A stretch of DNA of 64,000 bases from Guillardia theta CCMP2712 (Eukaryota; Protista; Cryptophyta), in the NCBI RefSeq assembly GCF_000315625.1, contig NW_005434654.1, positions 66,273 to 130,272 on the forward strand, in the 5' to 3' direction. Position 1 is the stretch's first letter. Every line of letters begins with the position of its first letter. The notes below the pieces were generated by a model that was not told the DNA's origin, searched no databases, and was given only the letters and a program-made list of their open reading frames with translations. Below, one piece after another: positions 52,280 through 64,000 of this stretch. Both the position numbers and the translations under genes were made by a program.

Positions 52280-54655
52280 TGCGCCTCACCATCTTCCGCA
52301 ACCAAAGCGGGAGGCCATCTCCGACTTGATGTACAACGCTCTTTCTCACACGCACGAAAGCTGCTCGCTTGTCCCTGTTGGACTCCATGTCAGCGAAGGA
52401 GGGGAGAGTGAGGGGAGGTGGAGGGAGGAAGAAGAGCAGCAGCAGCAGCAGCGGGGGCAAGAGAAGCCGTTCGTCACCTCTCGAGCGCAGCATGGAGCTC
52501 ACGCCATTTGGGCATTCGATTCAGCTTCTCCTTGACCTCCTCGGAGTACTCCCTGCGGTAGCGCAGCAGTGCGAAGGACGCGACCCTCGCAGTGTGGACG
52601 CGGCAATGATCGACGAGCATCTTGAGCAACAAGTTCACACTCTCAGCAGACCCCCAGCTGGTCTCACCGTCCCTCCTGGGGAGACGCGGAAGTTGACATC
52701 ATGGTACTGGAAGGTGGAGCAGAGCAAGAGGCAACGGCCCCCATGGAGAACCTTTACGCCGCTACCACAGCAGGAGTAGCCCGTGTACACGACGCTGCTG
52801 TTTGTAAGGTTGCAGGAACTCTGATATCTGGCCGCTGTGTCAGTTTGAAAGCTCCAGACTATAAACAAGATCTCTCACTTCACAACGACACCGTTGCAAG
52901 CTCTCTCATCGTTGGGTCCCAGCCCACCCACATCGCAGTTGTCAATCGCCACTTGACTTGCAAACACGCTGTGCAGTACCTGCCAAGTCAGCGATCAGGT
53001 TCAAGGCTGAGCATCCCCCACAGCAACCCACGTCTCCCTGCTTGCAGTAGAGGTTGCAATTCTGAAAGGTCCATGTTCCGCCCTCGATCCTCAGCGTGAC
53101 TGAGCCGTGGTATGCTTGCCTGTAGAAATCCTGCCATGAAGTAATCAGACAGTTCTTGAACTCGTGGCATGCGATGTTACATTCATGACGTGGATAAAAC
53201 TGACATGGCTGGTTCCTCCATTACAACCCTGACGGAACCGCCACTGTCCCAAAACCAGACAGTCCCCCTTGTCAGAGCCATGCACATAGATGAACCGAGA
53301 GCTGTTGCTCCTGCGGAACTCCTTGCTCGATGGCCCGATCTTGATCTTTGGAGGGATTGCGACACCCCTTGTAGAATTGAAACTCTCCTCTGTCCACACG
53401 GAGTGGAACCCTCGCTCGATGAGCAGCTGACTCCTCTCCTGCATCGAGGATGAGACCAAGGGTCAACGAAACAGTCGCGCCCACCTCCTTCCAGCCCTCC
53501 CTAGCAGCCGCCTGAAGGCTCGACCTCTTCGGGAAAGTCATCCTACCACTGAACAGGCTCAAACTGGAAGTTCGTGTGTTTCCCTTCGACGACAGCATGT
53601 ACAACTCGTTCTCCCACTTCTCCTTTATCCTCCCATCATACATCGACAGATTCCTCCCTCGAAGACGGATATTGAAATCCTCCTTCTCCAGCTTGCCCAG
53701 TCTGTCCATGACGGAGACGAACTCATCTCCTCCGATGTCACCCTCTGCCATCATCAGCAACTCTCCCTCGGACGAGCTCTCTCGCTCCTCTGCAAGCGGG
53801 ACAACTTGCGGCTCGTGAGGTTCAACGTCCATGGACTCGTTCAGCTGCCTGCTGTCATATCAGGATGCGGAGCAGGTCTTATGTAGGCGACCTTAGGTAC
53901 TCTTGGACGAACACGCTATCCTGAAAGGAAAAGTGTCATGTCTCGTCATCATTTCAGCATCTGCAAGAGCTCATATCACATCTGAATCAAGATCATCTAA
54001 CGAGCTGTTCGGCCGCGCTCTGTTCATGCTCTCCCGTACACTGACACAGTCATCAAAGAGAGGGAGGGGCAAGAGCTTTCTACCTCTTGCTTTTCATCAG
54101 AGTGTGTCTGATAAAGTCGATCACTGAAACTGACTCGTTGTGGTTCGCTTCCAAGGAAACGTCCCACAAAAGATTGTGCTTGATGATGTCAATCATCCTC
54201 TGCGACACGGGTGCTCTGAGTCGGAAGTCCTCCTGCACCGAACATTCATGTGTCGGCGTTTCTTATTTCCGACATCAAACACAAACCTCTGTCAGCATCG
54301 AGATAGATTCAGGATTCCTCCATCCCATCTTCCTCGCCCATGCGATCCTTTGTTGAAGCTGGAAACGAGCAAGCTAAATCGTACCGTCTCGCATCTCATT
54401 GCATACCTGCTGCTCTTTGTACAGTTTCGTAGCCAGCGTTGTCGAGTTTTTGTTTACTTTTCTCCCTCCTCCGCGTACTCGAAGCATTCTCATTTCTGTG
54501 CTGCATGCGATGCAGCATCCTCTCAGGGTGATTGAAGGCCCCAGACTGCCCTCAGCACCAATCTCTGATACATGCGCATGCGGCAACCAGACCAACACGA
54601 TGGCTATGATTGCAACTTGCCTCATCATCGTACCATGAACATCACTCTCCGACAT
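52280..54655 (-). CDS. Multi-exon hypothetical protein with a signal-peptide-like N-terminus; boundaries approximate
   Basis: MMRQVAIIAIVLVWLPHAHVS, plus a series of minus-strand exon-like ORFs (53272-53832, 53145-53459, 52988-53170). Confidence 0.45.
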
Positions 54656-54809
54656 GAAGATCCCGAGAGGTGAAGATGGACATCAGCAACCATCTTGTGT
54701 CAACGTGCAGGCAACGTGCAGCAAGCATGTCGCTACAACTAAACATTCCCGCTCGATGCGCACTACACATTACAGACGTCGAGCCTCATCTCCCAAAACC
54801 GGCCCAACT

Positions 54810-55030
54810 CTCTGAATCCTACATCGGCCCGGTCCCGGAGGCCCGGTCCGGGGCCCGGAGGCCCGGGGCCCGGAGGCAGCGGTCGGTACTGAAACTTCCG
54901 TGAAAAAGTCAGACGTCCCAGCGTCCTCACGGTAAACTCCGACTGTAACCTAAAAAAGAATGTACGTACCGTTTGGGTGTGTGACGTGACCACTCTGCCG
55001 TGACTTTTGCCGTGCGAGCGGGATACGTGC
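54810..55030. promoter_or_regulatory. GC-rich island 7 (short; between divergent genes)
   Basis: GGCCCGG repeats; AACTTCCGT at 54893; GTGAC words. Confidence 0.4.
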
Positions 55031-55922
55031 CGTGATGACGAGACTGTTATTGTACTGGATGCGAAAATACTCCTTTTCAAATATTCCAGCCTCGATCTCG
55101 TAGCTATAGAAGCGATGGGCTTTTACTGTGACCATTGTTGAACCAAAATTTGAAACTCCCTTGGGAGATTTTGAAGAGTCGAACTGTAAAACGTGAAGGG
55201 GACCTCACCCCCTTTTGATATAAACAAGGGGGGTGTTGAACCAATACGTATGATACGTGACAGACGAATACCCACCCTCTGGGAGAGATAGAAAGATAGG
55301 GGTACCAAAAAGGAGGGATTATCATGACCTCTTGATCTTAAAATGAGTTGTTTCTGAATCATTGTGTTTTCAGCCACAAGTTAGGAGCCCTACCCTACCC
55401 TTTCCATACCTCTGTAGGACCCCACCCAGAACTGTTTTAGAACGGGACCCCCTCCAAGCTCTCCATCCACCCCCCCGTTCCTCTTTCATAGACCCCTTTT
55501 ATCCATGGTCCAGTACGTAGTGGTTCAAAATCCAGGATCAAACCACCTACCCCTGCACCGTTTCAATTTATTACTCATCCCAAGTCCGTACGTACCCCAA
55601 GTACCCCCCAATTATACTCCCAAACTACCCCTGCGACTGGGGACGTACCACTTGTCCCGTAAGGCTTATCACAAGTGGCAGTTCCTTGCAGCTCATCTCT
55701 TCCTTCCGCTCCTTCTCCTCCACGCACCTCGCTTCCTTCCGATCCTCTCCTTGATCGCCTTACCTACAATCCTCTCCCGCTACTCCCTTCACTTTATTCC
55801 CTTCTGCTCTTTCACAATCCCTCTAACCCCTCTCTGCCATCCTTCCCGACAAAGGAAATTGTTGGGGGCGTACCTGCCATTCCCTCAAGCCTCCGTGTAT
55901 TATTCACTTCTAGCCGTAGAAA

Positions 55923-58188
55923 ATGGGTGCCTGTACATCTAGAATAGATGAAAAAGTTGCAACTATCCTCAGGGAGCTGGATACTATTAAGTTCCATTGT
56001 CCTGAGCATGCCAACGATTTGGACTGGGAAAATGAGGAGTCGGTTCTGATCCACAGCTGTATCAACACACTCAAGAACTGCGCTATGCATAATGAGTTGA
56101 AGAAAAAGAAGAAATCATGGATCAAGAAGACCAAATCTCTCAGCCCTATTAAGAGAAATGCCAGCCCCGAGCACAAGACGACAGTCGCTTTCCACGAGGG
56201 GTACACCGTGATCAACCGAGACGACCATGAATGCGCCGGACGAGACGATATGGAAGACCTGATCATTGACGAGTTGCTGGAGAACGTCAAAGTGGGATCG
56301 GGCAAATCCAAGCTTCTACGTCTCAGCGATGCTCTCCCAGTCTTGCAAGACGATTCGATTCGTGCCGTTGTTCTCCACGGCAGTGCGCTAGATATTCTTT
56401 TAAGAACGCAGACTTGCGACTGATGCTATTTAGATCTGATAGCTCCATCCCCACTCACTGTAAATGAAGCACCTTTTCTATTCCAAGTTTTGTGTGTATT
56501 CCTTGGTAGCAAACTTCCCTGAACCTCGGACTGAACTTTTCAATCCTTAAAAGGTTTTCGAATGATCGTACTCCTGGGGTGACAGATATCCTTCTTCGAT
56601 GGAAAGGCTGACATCACATGATATCTTGCTTGGACAGTCAATCCATAACAACCATGTCACGGAGTAGTTCGTAAAACTCGATATCCTCTCACAGTAGTCA
56701 GTAGTTTCTCTTGGCGCTTATGAGTCGGAAGCTTGTCTGAGGCGGGTCGGTGCAGGATGGAGGACGATTTCCAGTTTGCCTTTTCTTTTTCAGTCAATGA
56801 AAGATCAATTTTGGGCAGGTATGGAAGAGCCGTCTAGTTAGAGCGGGAGGGGAAGCGAGTACAAGAAAGGCGAGTCAAGACAAGTCAAGACATAGAGGAG
56901 AGAACAGCAAACTTGAGCAGTTGATCACTTGGCCTTGGCATTTAACTATTCACTGAGTATGTGGGGACTACCCGGGGTTTTGCTGGATGGTGTGAAACTT
57001 AGCTCTTTCTTGGAATGGCGAATAGCCGAAGAGGAGGAGAATGCATGGGAACAATATCCCATATGCTGTGTACTGAGCACGAGCAATGTACGACCCCTCA
57101 AGAGAGTTTTTGATCGGAGAGCGTTGAGCTCCAATGCGAAGGAGCAGCCGACCATTTTACGTCTTGTCAAACCTGACGATGAAGATCAAGAGGTGTGGTG
57201 GGTCAGACAGAATGGTGAGGGAAGGAATACCTCGTACCAGCGCTTCTTGCTCCCAAATCTTGTCTACCATGAGGTACGAGGAGGCTGCAGAGGATGTTTG
57301 TTGCCCCGTTTCATGCTAACCTGTTGCTTTGCCAGGAAGACTGTGCGTGCATGTGTGCCAATGACCCCTCAGTGGTCCAAGTAGAGGAAGAGCCAAGGAT
57401 AGTTCACACCGTCAACAACAAGACCTCTATGAAAGTTCCCAAAGAACAGACAGTTTACGATAAATTTGTTGTTGACGACCTGGTGTATGATCCGGCAACG
57501 CAAAATTGGACAACAGCTACGGACAAGGCAAGCGAAATGCTGGAGCAATTGATTGAGACTGAGGATGTAGAGTACATGAACGTACAATGCAATGATGATC
57601 GAAAAGATCGGCAGATAGAGGCGAGAAGTAATTATACGCGGATATCAAGGAAAGAATTGTTTGGGCGAACCTCGCGCAAACGGGAGGATCCGAAGGCGAT
57701 GCTCGCCGACTACAAGACAAGCTTCGAATACTTCCACGTGTATGCCCCGCAAAAGGCGCAAGGAGACTTCAAGAGGTGTCTGTCTGACATCGACAAGAAG
57801 ATGGTGATGACGTGTAGCTCGATCGTTCCGGTCTGATGATTTGCTGGTACAGGCGGAAGATGCAGTTGTCAATAACGTGCGAATGCGAATGAGGACGCTG
57901 CAGGTGAGGAACAACGAGAAGTCAACCAGAGACCTCGGGTATGAAGTGGGATACCCTGATAGGCATGTCAAGACCAAGGAGGTAGATGCTGTTTGTGATG
58001 AGGGGCAATCTTTGAATCTCATTCTTTGCAGCCGCGGTCGTCTCCGATCAAACTCAGCCATGTCCATGCGATTGACTGTGTTTGCCCCGTCTGTCAAGGG
58101 GAACTGGAGTCTGCTTATGAGAACTTCAAGGGGAAGAGACAGTATGACTTGTCGCGAGTGTAGATGGACGTGTAACAGATGTAATTGA
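55923..58188 (+). CDS. Multi-exon hypothetical protein with N-terminal MGACTS acylation motif
   Basis: ORF segments 55923-56423, 56929-57272, 57336-57803 and 57853 onward, with GT/AG boundaries. No domain recognised. Confidence 0.55.
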
Positions 58189-58254
58189 CAAACTTGTACA
58201 ATTCGACATGAAGCAAAGGGGCTGGTTGAATGTTTTCACCCAATCTTCTCATTG

Positions 58255-61200
58255 TTATTCTAGCAAACTCCTCAAGTACTCCTGTGTTGAGATCGGGTCA
58301 ATGTCATCATGTCTCTGTGCAGCTGGATGAGAAGTTACCTCTTTGATCTCCTTGATCCGCTCGTCATGCTCTCCTTCCAACTTTCTATGATATCTGTGGC
58401 AAACGTTGAGCACAAACCACAACCAAGAAACATCGCAAGAGCAGTTCAGCACAAACCATGACCAAGAAACATCACAAGAGCAGTTCAGCACAAACCACAA
58501 CCAAGAAACATCGCAAGAGCAAAGGAAGATCGTATCACCGGTACTTTGGCATTATATACGGCTCGTTTTCGTAAGACAATCCACTGCGTGATTCCTCAAT
58601 GTTCATGTCTTCGCTCTCCCCGGTTTCATTTGTTTCTGTTCCCGCAGTCGCATCCGCAACCTTGGGTTCATCCTGATCACCCTGCTTGTCCTGCCCATCC
58701 TTATCATCCTGCCCATCCTGCCCATCTTGCTGATCTTGCTCCTCGTCCTGCTCGTCTCGCGCCTGTTCCACGTTCTCGACGGGGATTTGAAGGAGCGAAG
58801 CCGTCAGGTTGAAGTCATCCTTCATCTTCACATCTACATCATGCAAGGGTTGCTCGCTCAGGCTGTTCTCTCCAGCAAAGGCTGCAGTGTCGCTACGATC
58901 GGCCTCGCCCTCGTCCCCCTTCTTCTGCGTCCCCTCGACCGGGTCGGCGACTCGTGTCTTCTTACCGCTGATCATCTTCTCGATGTGAGAACGGAAATGC
59001 ACCTTTAAGTTTTTCCTCCAACTGGGCGGATGAGAGATCGAGAGCGGGTTCCACACTCTCCCTCCTCCCACATCCCTCCAGCGGGTTGACTTGACAGACA
59101 TGGAGTCGTCGGAGATCAGCGTGTTGGTCTCCTCCTCCTCCTCCCCGCCATCTCCCACCAGAGAGAAGTTCGACATGCTCACCTTCGTCCCTACATCCCT
59201 CGCCTCCTCTTCTCTCTCTCTACCCGTCCAAGAAGGGATTCGAGCGAGTTGCTCCTGCACCAGGAAACTGCCGTCGAGAGGAGCCGCCCGGTCGTTGCCG
59301 AGGAGGCGAAGTCGGGGGATGATGTGACGGAACTCAGTGAACTTGCGAGCGTTGGTGTTCTTCTCACTCCAGGGTTTCCTTGCGTACCCGAAGCCTCCTC
59401 CTGTAGCCAGACGGAAACCATGAGACCCGTCCGCGTTCACGTAAGGAAGGTGCTTGACTCGCGTTCCGTTGTTGTCCAGCCTGTTGAGCACCAGGCGACT
59501 GCTCCATCGCACCAGCTCAGTCCTCTCGCGCGCTGCCTCCAGCATGGCTGCATCCCTCCGCATCAGCGCCGGCACTTGATTCTCCGGGACAGGGAACTTT
59601 GCTTGGAGGGCTGCGACTTTGAGGAAGATGGAGTCGAGGGTTATGGCAGGAGGAAAGAGGAGGTGGAGAAGAAGCTCCTCGGAACCGCTGAAGAACGCTC
59701 TTGTCCGCACCTCAGGGATGGAAACAAACGCAACGCAGACGTCGGTGATGAAGGAGCTGCGGTCCTCGCTGGCCAGCAGCGCCTCCCAGAGAGGGAGGAG
59801 GTTCCAGAGGGGGAGGACGCGGGAGAAGAAGGTGGTCAACCATGGGCTCACAAACTGCTCAGGCTTGATCTTCAGCTCCTCGAACATCCTCTGCCCCAGC
59901 TCAGGGTCTGTCTGGAGAATCCTGTCCTTCACCCTAATAGCAACGGCGCCGACCACGTCGAGGCTCGTCCCCGGAACGTTCTCCCAATGGCGGAAGAACT
60001 GACCGGCAAGGCTGACGAAGAGGGAGAGCGTGTCGGCCTCTACCTGATCCAGCCTGCGATGCTTGACGCTCCTCTCTCGATCCTCCAGCCCGTCCCTCAC
60101 GCCATGTTCAGGATCGCGCATGCAGATCCAGAGGACGGGAGCGAGAAGGTGATGCATGTCGGGGCTGTACTCCACCTGTTGGTCGATCATCGTCAGACGG
60201 CGAGGAGAAGCCAAGAGGGTCAAAAAGTGGAAGAAGAAGCAGGTGGGAAAAGAACAGATGGAAGGGCTCGAAGCTTTCAGAGGAGGGGAGAAGCGGAGAG
60301 AGAAGAAGATAGGAGGAGATAGGAGAGGAAAGGGACCTTAGGATGGAGACGGATGTAGGTGTAGATGATACGAGTCGTGACATGCATCAGCTCGTCCGGG
60401 AGCATCACACCAGGGTAGACGCCAAAACAACAGTCGTAGTGCATCTCTTGAAGCCAGTAGAGCTCCTCAGCCTTTTCAAAACGTACATAAATACTCTTGC
60501 CTCCCTCCACCACCAATCCTCGTCCGCGTCCACTCCTCTTCCCCATCCTCATCCTCTATCCTTTCCTCCCTTCCCTTCCTCATGTTAAATCCTACATCTC
60601 CTAGTCATCGTCAATCACCGTACTCGCAAACCCCCCCCCCCTCTTCCCCCGCACCTCGTCCCGCAACACACTCTACTGCTCCTCCACTCATATCTCGCAT
60701 GTTGCCTCTCATCATCCTCACCTCGGCATTGGAGATTATCCCCAGGCTCTCCCGCAACTGCAGCTCCCGCATCCTCTCAGGATTCCCCGGCTTCTCGTCG
60801 GGCATGAGGTGATAAAGCTGAGGGTAAGTCCCGTTGTACGTGTCGTACTGAATCGCATGCCAAAGATCTTGAGCTGCAAAGAAATCTCTCCACCGCTGCT
60901 CCAGAGAACGACCTGCTCCTTGCTGAAGGATGCAGTCACACAGTCACACAGTCACACAGTCACACAGTCACACAGTCACACAGTCACACAGTCACACAGT
61001 CACACAGTCACACAGTCACACAGTCACACAGTCACACAGTCACACAGTCACACAGTCACACAGTCACACAGTCACACAGTCACACAGTCACACAGTCACA
61101 CAGTCACACAGTCACACAGTCACACAGTCACACAGTCACACAGTCACACAGTCACACAGTCACACAGTCACACAGTCACACAGTCACACAGTCACACAGT

Positions 61201-64000
61201 CACACAGTCACACAGTCACACAGTCACACAGTCACACAGTCACACAGTCACACAGTCACACAGTCACACAGTCACACAGTCACACAGTCACACAGTCACA
61301 CAGTCACACAGTCACACAGTCACACAGTCACACAGTCACACAGTCACACAGTCACACAGTCACACAGTCACACAGTCACACAGTCACACAGTCACACAGT
61401 CACACAGTCACACAGTCACACAGTCACACAGTCACACAGTCACACAGTCACACAGTCGCCAAGACGAAGTGGCTGTTCTGTCCCTTTCTATCGCCTCTCC
61501 CTCCTCTCCCTCCCTCCCTCCCTGTCATCCTTCTTTCTCTATCTCTCTCGAACCTCTGGTCCAGTCTCACCTGCTTGGCAACCACAACGTTGCCATCGCT
61601 GTCCATGGTGAGGCCTGGGTTTGCATAATGCCGTTTCCATCTCTGATCTGTGCCAATTTCCAAATCTGTTTCAGCAAGTTTCTGCGGAATGAGTCAGGAA
61701 AGGACCGCAAAAAGTTAACAGGGAGGAACGATCAAGTACAAGAGTTGTCAAATGCAGAAACAAGTCTGACCTCCTTGACCAGGTCGTCGATATCGTAGAA
61801 ACTAGACATGTTGCCATGTTCAAACATAACCATCCCGCCTTCGTCCCACTCATGCTGCCTGAAAAGCTGCTGTGGTGCAAAATCGACTTCTTGGCAAGTG
61901 CTCAAGACAACCTTCTCGTGCGTCAGCCTCCAGGTTTTGAGACTTTTCTCCCACAGGGCCTTGCTGGTGGGAAGAGTCGCAGTCAGGAGCCTCCATAGCT
62001 GAGACCGGAGCCTGAAGATTGCTTGCTGAAAGAAGAGGATTCAGACAAGGAGGAAAAGGGTTGGGACGGAGAGAGAAAATGGGACGAGGAAGGAGAAGCA
62101 AAAGAACAAGCAGAAGAAGTCATCGCGAACCTTGGTGTTGTTGACGTTCAGGGAGCAGATATCTGGCATTCCGAAGTGGCAGAGACCGAACAATTCGCGG
62201 AGGTTGAGATGTGTTGCGTTCATAGACGTGATGAAGGTCTGTGAAAGAAAGTGGCTCGACGAAGAGACAAGAGTCGTGTTGAGCTGTCCTCTTTGTCGTC
62301 GGATACCCTTCAACACAGATCCAGCAACAAGATCTGCATCCTCCTGCTCTTTCTTCTGCTGCTGCTCCTCATCGAAATACTGTCGGAATGTGGTGTAATA
62401 CTTATCGAGCTCGGGGGTGAGGCCAGGGGCGGATTTCTTGTACTCCAAATAGTGAGGGCCGTAGGTAGCTGCAATAGAGGAGCAGACAGGAAAATTGTTC
62501 TTGAGGTCTACCGACGCGTAGGAGGAGTGGACGTTTCCAACCTGTGTTGTCCTCTGAAAGCTGTACTCCGTCTTCTCCAGTCGAGTGAGGTTGGCGTATT
62601 TCTTGGCTTCGTCGAGCTCTAAAAATTCCTGGCCATCCTTGTAGATATAACTTCGATACTTCAAGTCCCTCGATGCGCGACAGATCCAACCCATTGGGAG
62701 CCCTTCCTCTTCGCAAAGGAAGAACACGCACTTGTCTTTGTCTTCCATCTTCTTGAAGTTCTTGAGCACCCTCTGCATGTACAACCCCAGTTTCCTCTTC
62801 TTCCTCCTCTTCGCTTTGAGCTCAGCATCCTCGTCAGGGATCTCTTCGACGGGAATGATGCATCCAGAGCCGGCAGGATCGACACAGAACAACTTATCCT
62901 TGAACTTGCTCGGGAAAAGGAAAATTTGGCCGGGCTTCAGCTCCCTCCCGTTGTTCAACTTCAATGCAACCTCATACAGCTTTCCTCCTGGGACCATCTC
63001 CTCTTTCTGATAACCTTTCTTGATCCTCAACCTTGTCCTCCCTTGCGGTCTCCCGAGCTCCAGCAGGAGATCGCGTCCTTCAAACTTAGTAGTAGCCTTC
63101 ATGGAGCACCCATGTATCGGAAACTTGTCAGGAACGTAATGCTTCTCCTTAGCCTCGACGTCAGCCAGATCGTCAGAGGTGCTTGAAAACTCCATCTTGT
63201 TGATGTCGAACTCATCGTTCTCTGCACTGTTGTCGCTGGCCACAAACTCAAAGGTCGCATCAACCTCCGACTCGATAAAATCCGGCACGTCCACTCTATG
63301 CACAGTCTTGTATGGTTTTGAATCGTTTCTTTGCGCCGACGTGGCCTCCTCTAATTTTGGTACCTCCATCAATCGAAGGTCATCTTCATCCAGCAGCTCT
63401 TGCAAGCGTTTTGCTCTCTTCTCAGACAGGTACTTTTCATAGCTCTTCATCGGTTCATTGCTGATGGTTTTCTTCGTCTCTTCATGTGTCGATGTTATGC
63501 AGCAGCTTTGAATTTGAAGAGATCACTTACCTTCTAGGTCATCCTTGAAATTCGAGAGTTTGTCTTGAAGCAACGGATCGTCATCCAACGATTTGATGAC
63601 GTCATCAAATCTATCACACAAACTCACGTTATCAGTACGGTCAAGACAAAAGTCTCTCTCACAGTTTGCGTCTGTCTTTGATACCCAAGTTGAAATTCTT
63701 CTCTGCAATTTCTTCTTCCAAGGCCTCGAATTTTTCAGCCTATCAAAACTTTAGCGACAAACACATCGAACCTCTCATCTCATCAACCTGGTCATGGGTG
63801 AGCCCCATGAAATTCTCTGCACCAGGAACTGCCCAGCCCACAGTAGACTCAACTTGCTCCTTGAGCAGCTGCTGGTTCGCCTCCCATGTCTGCGATCTCA
63901 TCTCAGTCCGTCAAGCGTTAGCAAGATCAAGTAGATGTCTCTCTCACGTGCCAAGGATACACGGGAGCAGATGTAGAGCCATTTCTCCACCGCTCGGCAT
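58255..64000 (-). CDS. Large TBC-domain Rab-GAP protein, multi-exon; 5' end probably beyond the window
   Basis: LRELFGLCHFGMPD..LRSQLWRLLTATLP; RIIYTYIRLHPK|VEYSPDMHHLLAPVLW; EADTLSLF; DPELGQRMFEELKIKPEQFVSPWLTTFFSRVLPLWNLLPLWEALL. Confidence 0.75.
58409..58521 (+). repeat. 39-bp tandem repeat, about 2.9 copies, in a TBC-gene intron
   Basis: AGCACAAACCA(CA/TG)ACCAAGAAACATC(G/A)CAAGAGCAGTTC repeated. Confidence 0.9.
60933..61457 (+). repeat. (CAGTCACA)n perfect octamer array, about 65 copies, intronic
   Basis: Directly visible. Confidence 0.98.

Noticed and set aside
58409-58521. 39-bp direct repeats as a possible CRISPR array
   Set aside because: Head-to-tail with no unique spacers, inside a eukaryotic intron, and no cas genes.
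60809-61798. Long ORFs with TVTQSHSH repeats
   Set aside because: Translations of the intronic octamer array, antisense to the TBC gene.

Overview
Eukaryotic, intron-rich nuclear DNA: short GT-AG introns, many filled with (GAG)n/(CTC)n/(GAT)n microsatellites, and two assembly gaps. A bipartite signal+transit plastid presequence, a GSIII and an LCIB-type carbonic anhydrase fit an alga with a secondary red plastid. The style suggests a cryptophyte such as Guillardia, but this is inference only. About 20 protein genes are supported, including a SET-domain protein, a GapN-like aldehyde dehydrogenase, an EYA phosphatase, an LCIB/theta-CA-ankyrin fusion, RPS28, SEC10, two PDZ-coiled-coil proteins, an At2g23090-like Zn finger, BAF60/SMARCD with polyQ, a plastid-targeted mitochondrial-carrier protein, GSIII and a TBC Rab-GAP. 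The most striking non-coding signal is seven GC-rich, palindrome-dense intergenic islands, 6-16 kb apart. Each lies next to a gene 5' end. They are not alignable by eye but share motifs (TTACTCAAAGTTAAG, AACTTCCGA, GATCGGACGG), and most are flanked by GGGGTA/TACCCC clusters. The best protein-level novelties are the LCIB-ankyrin fusion, a GSIII with an MGCGSS acylation leader, and a carrier protein with a signal+transit+twin-arginine leader. All calls are by eye, with no database searches. Multi-exon gene ends are approximate unless stated.
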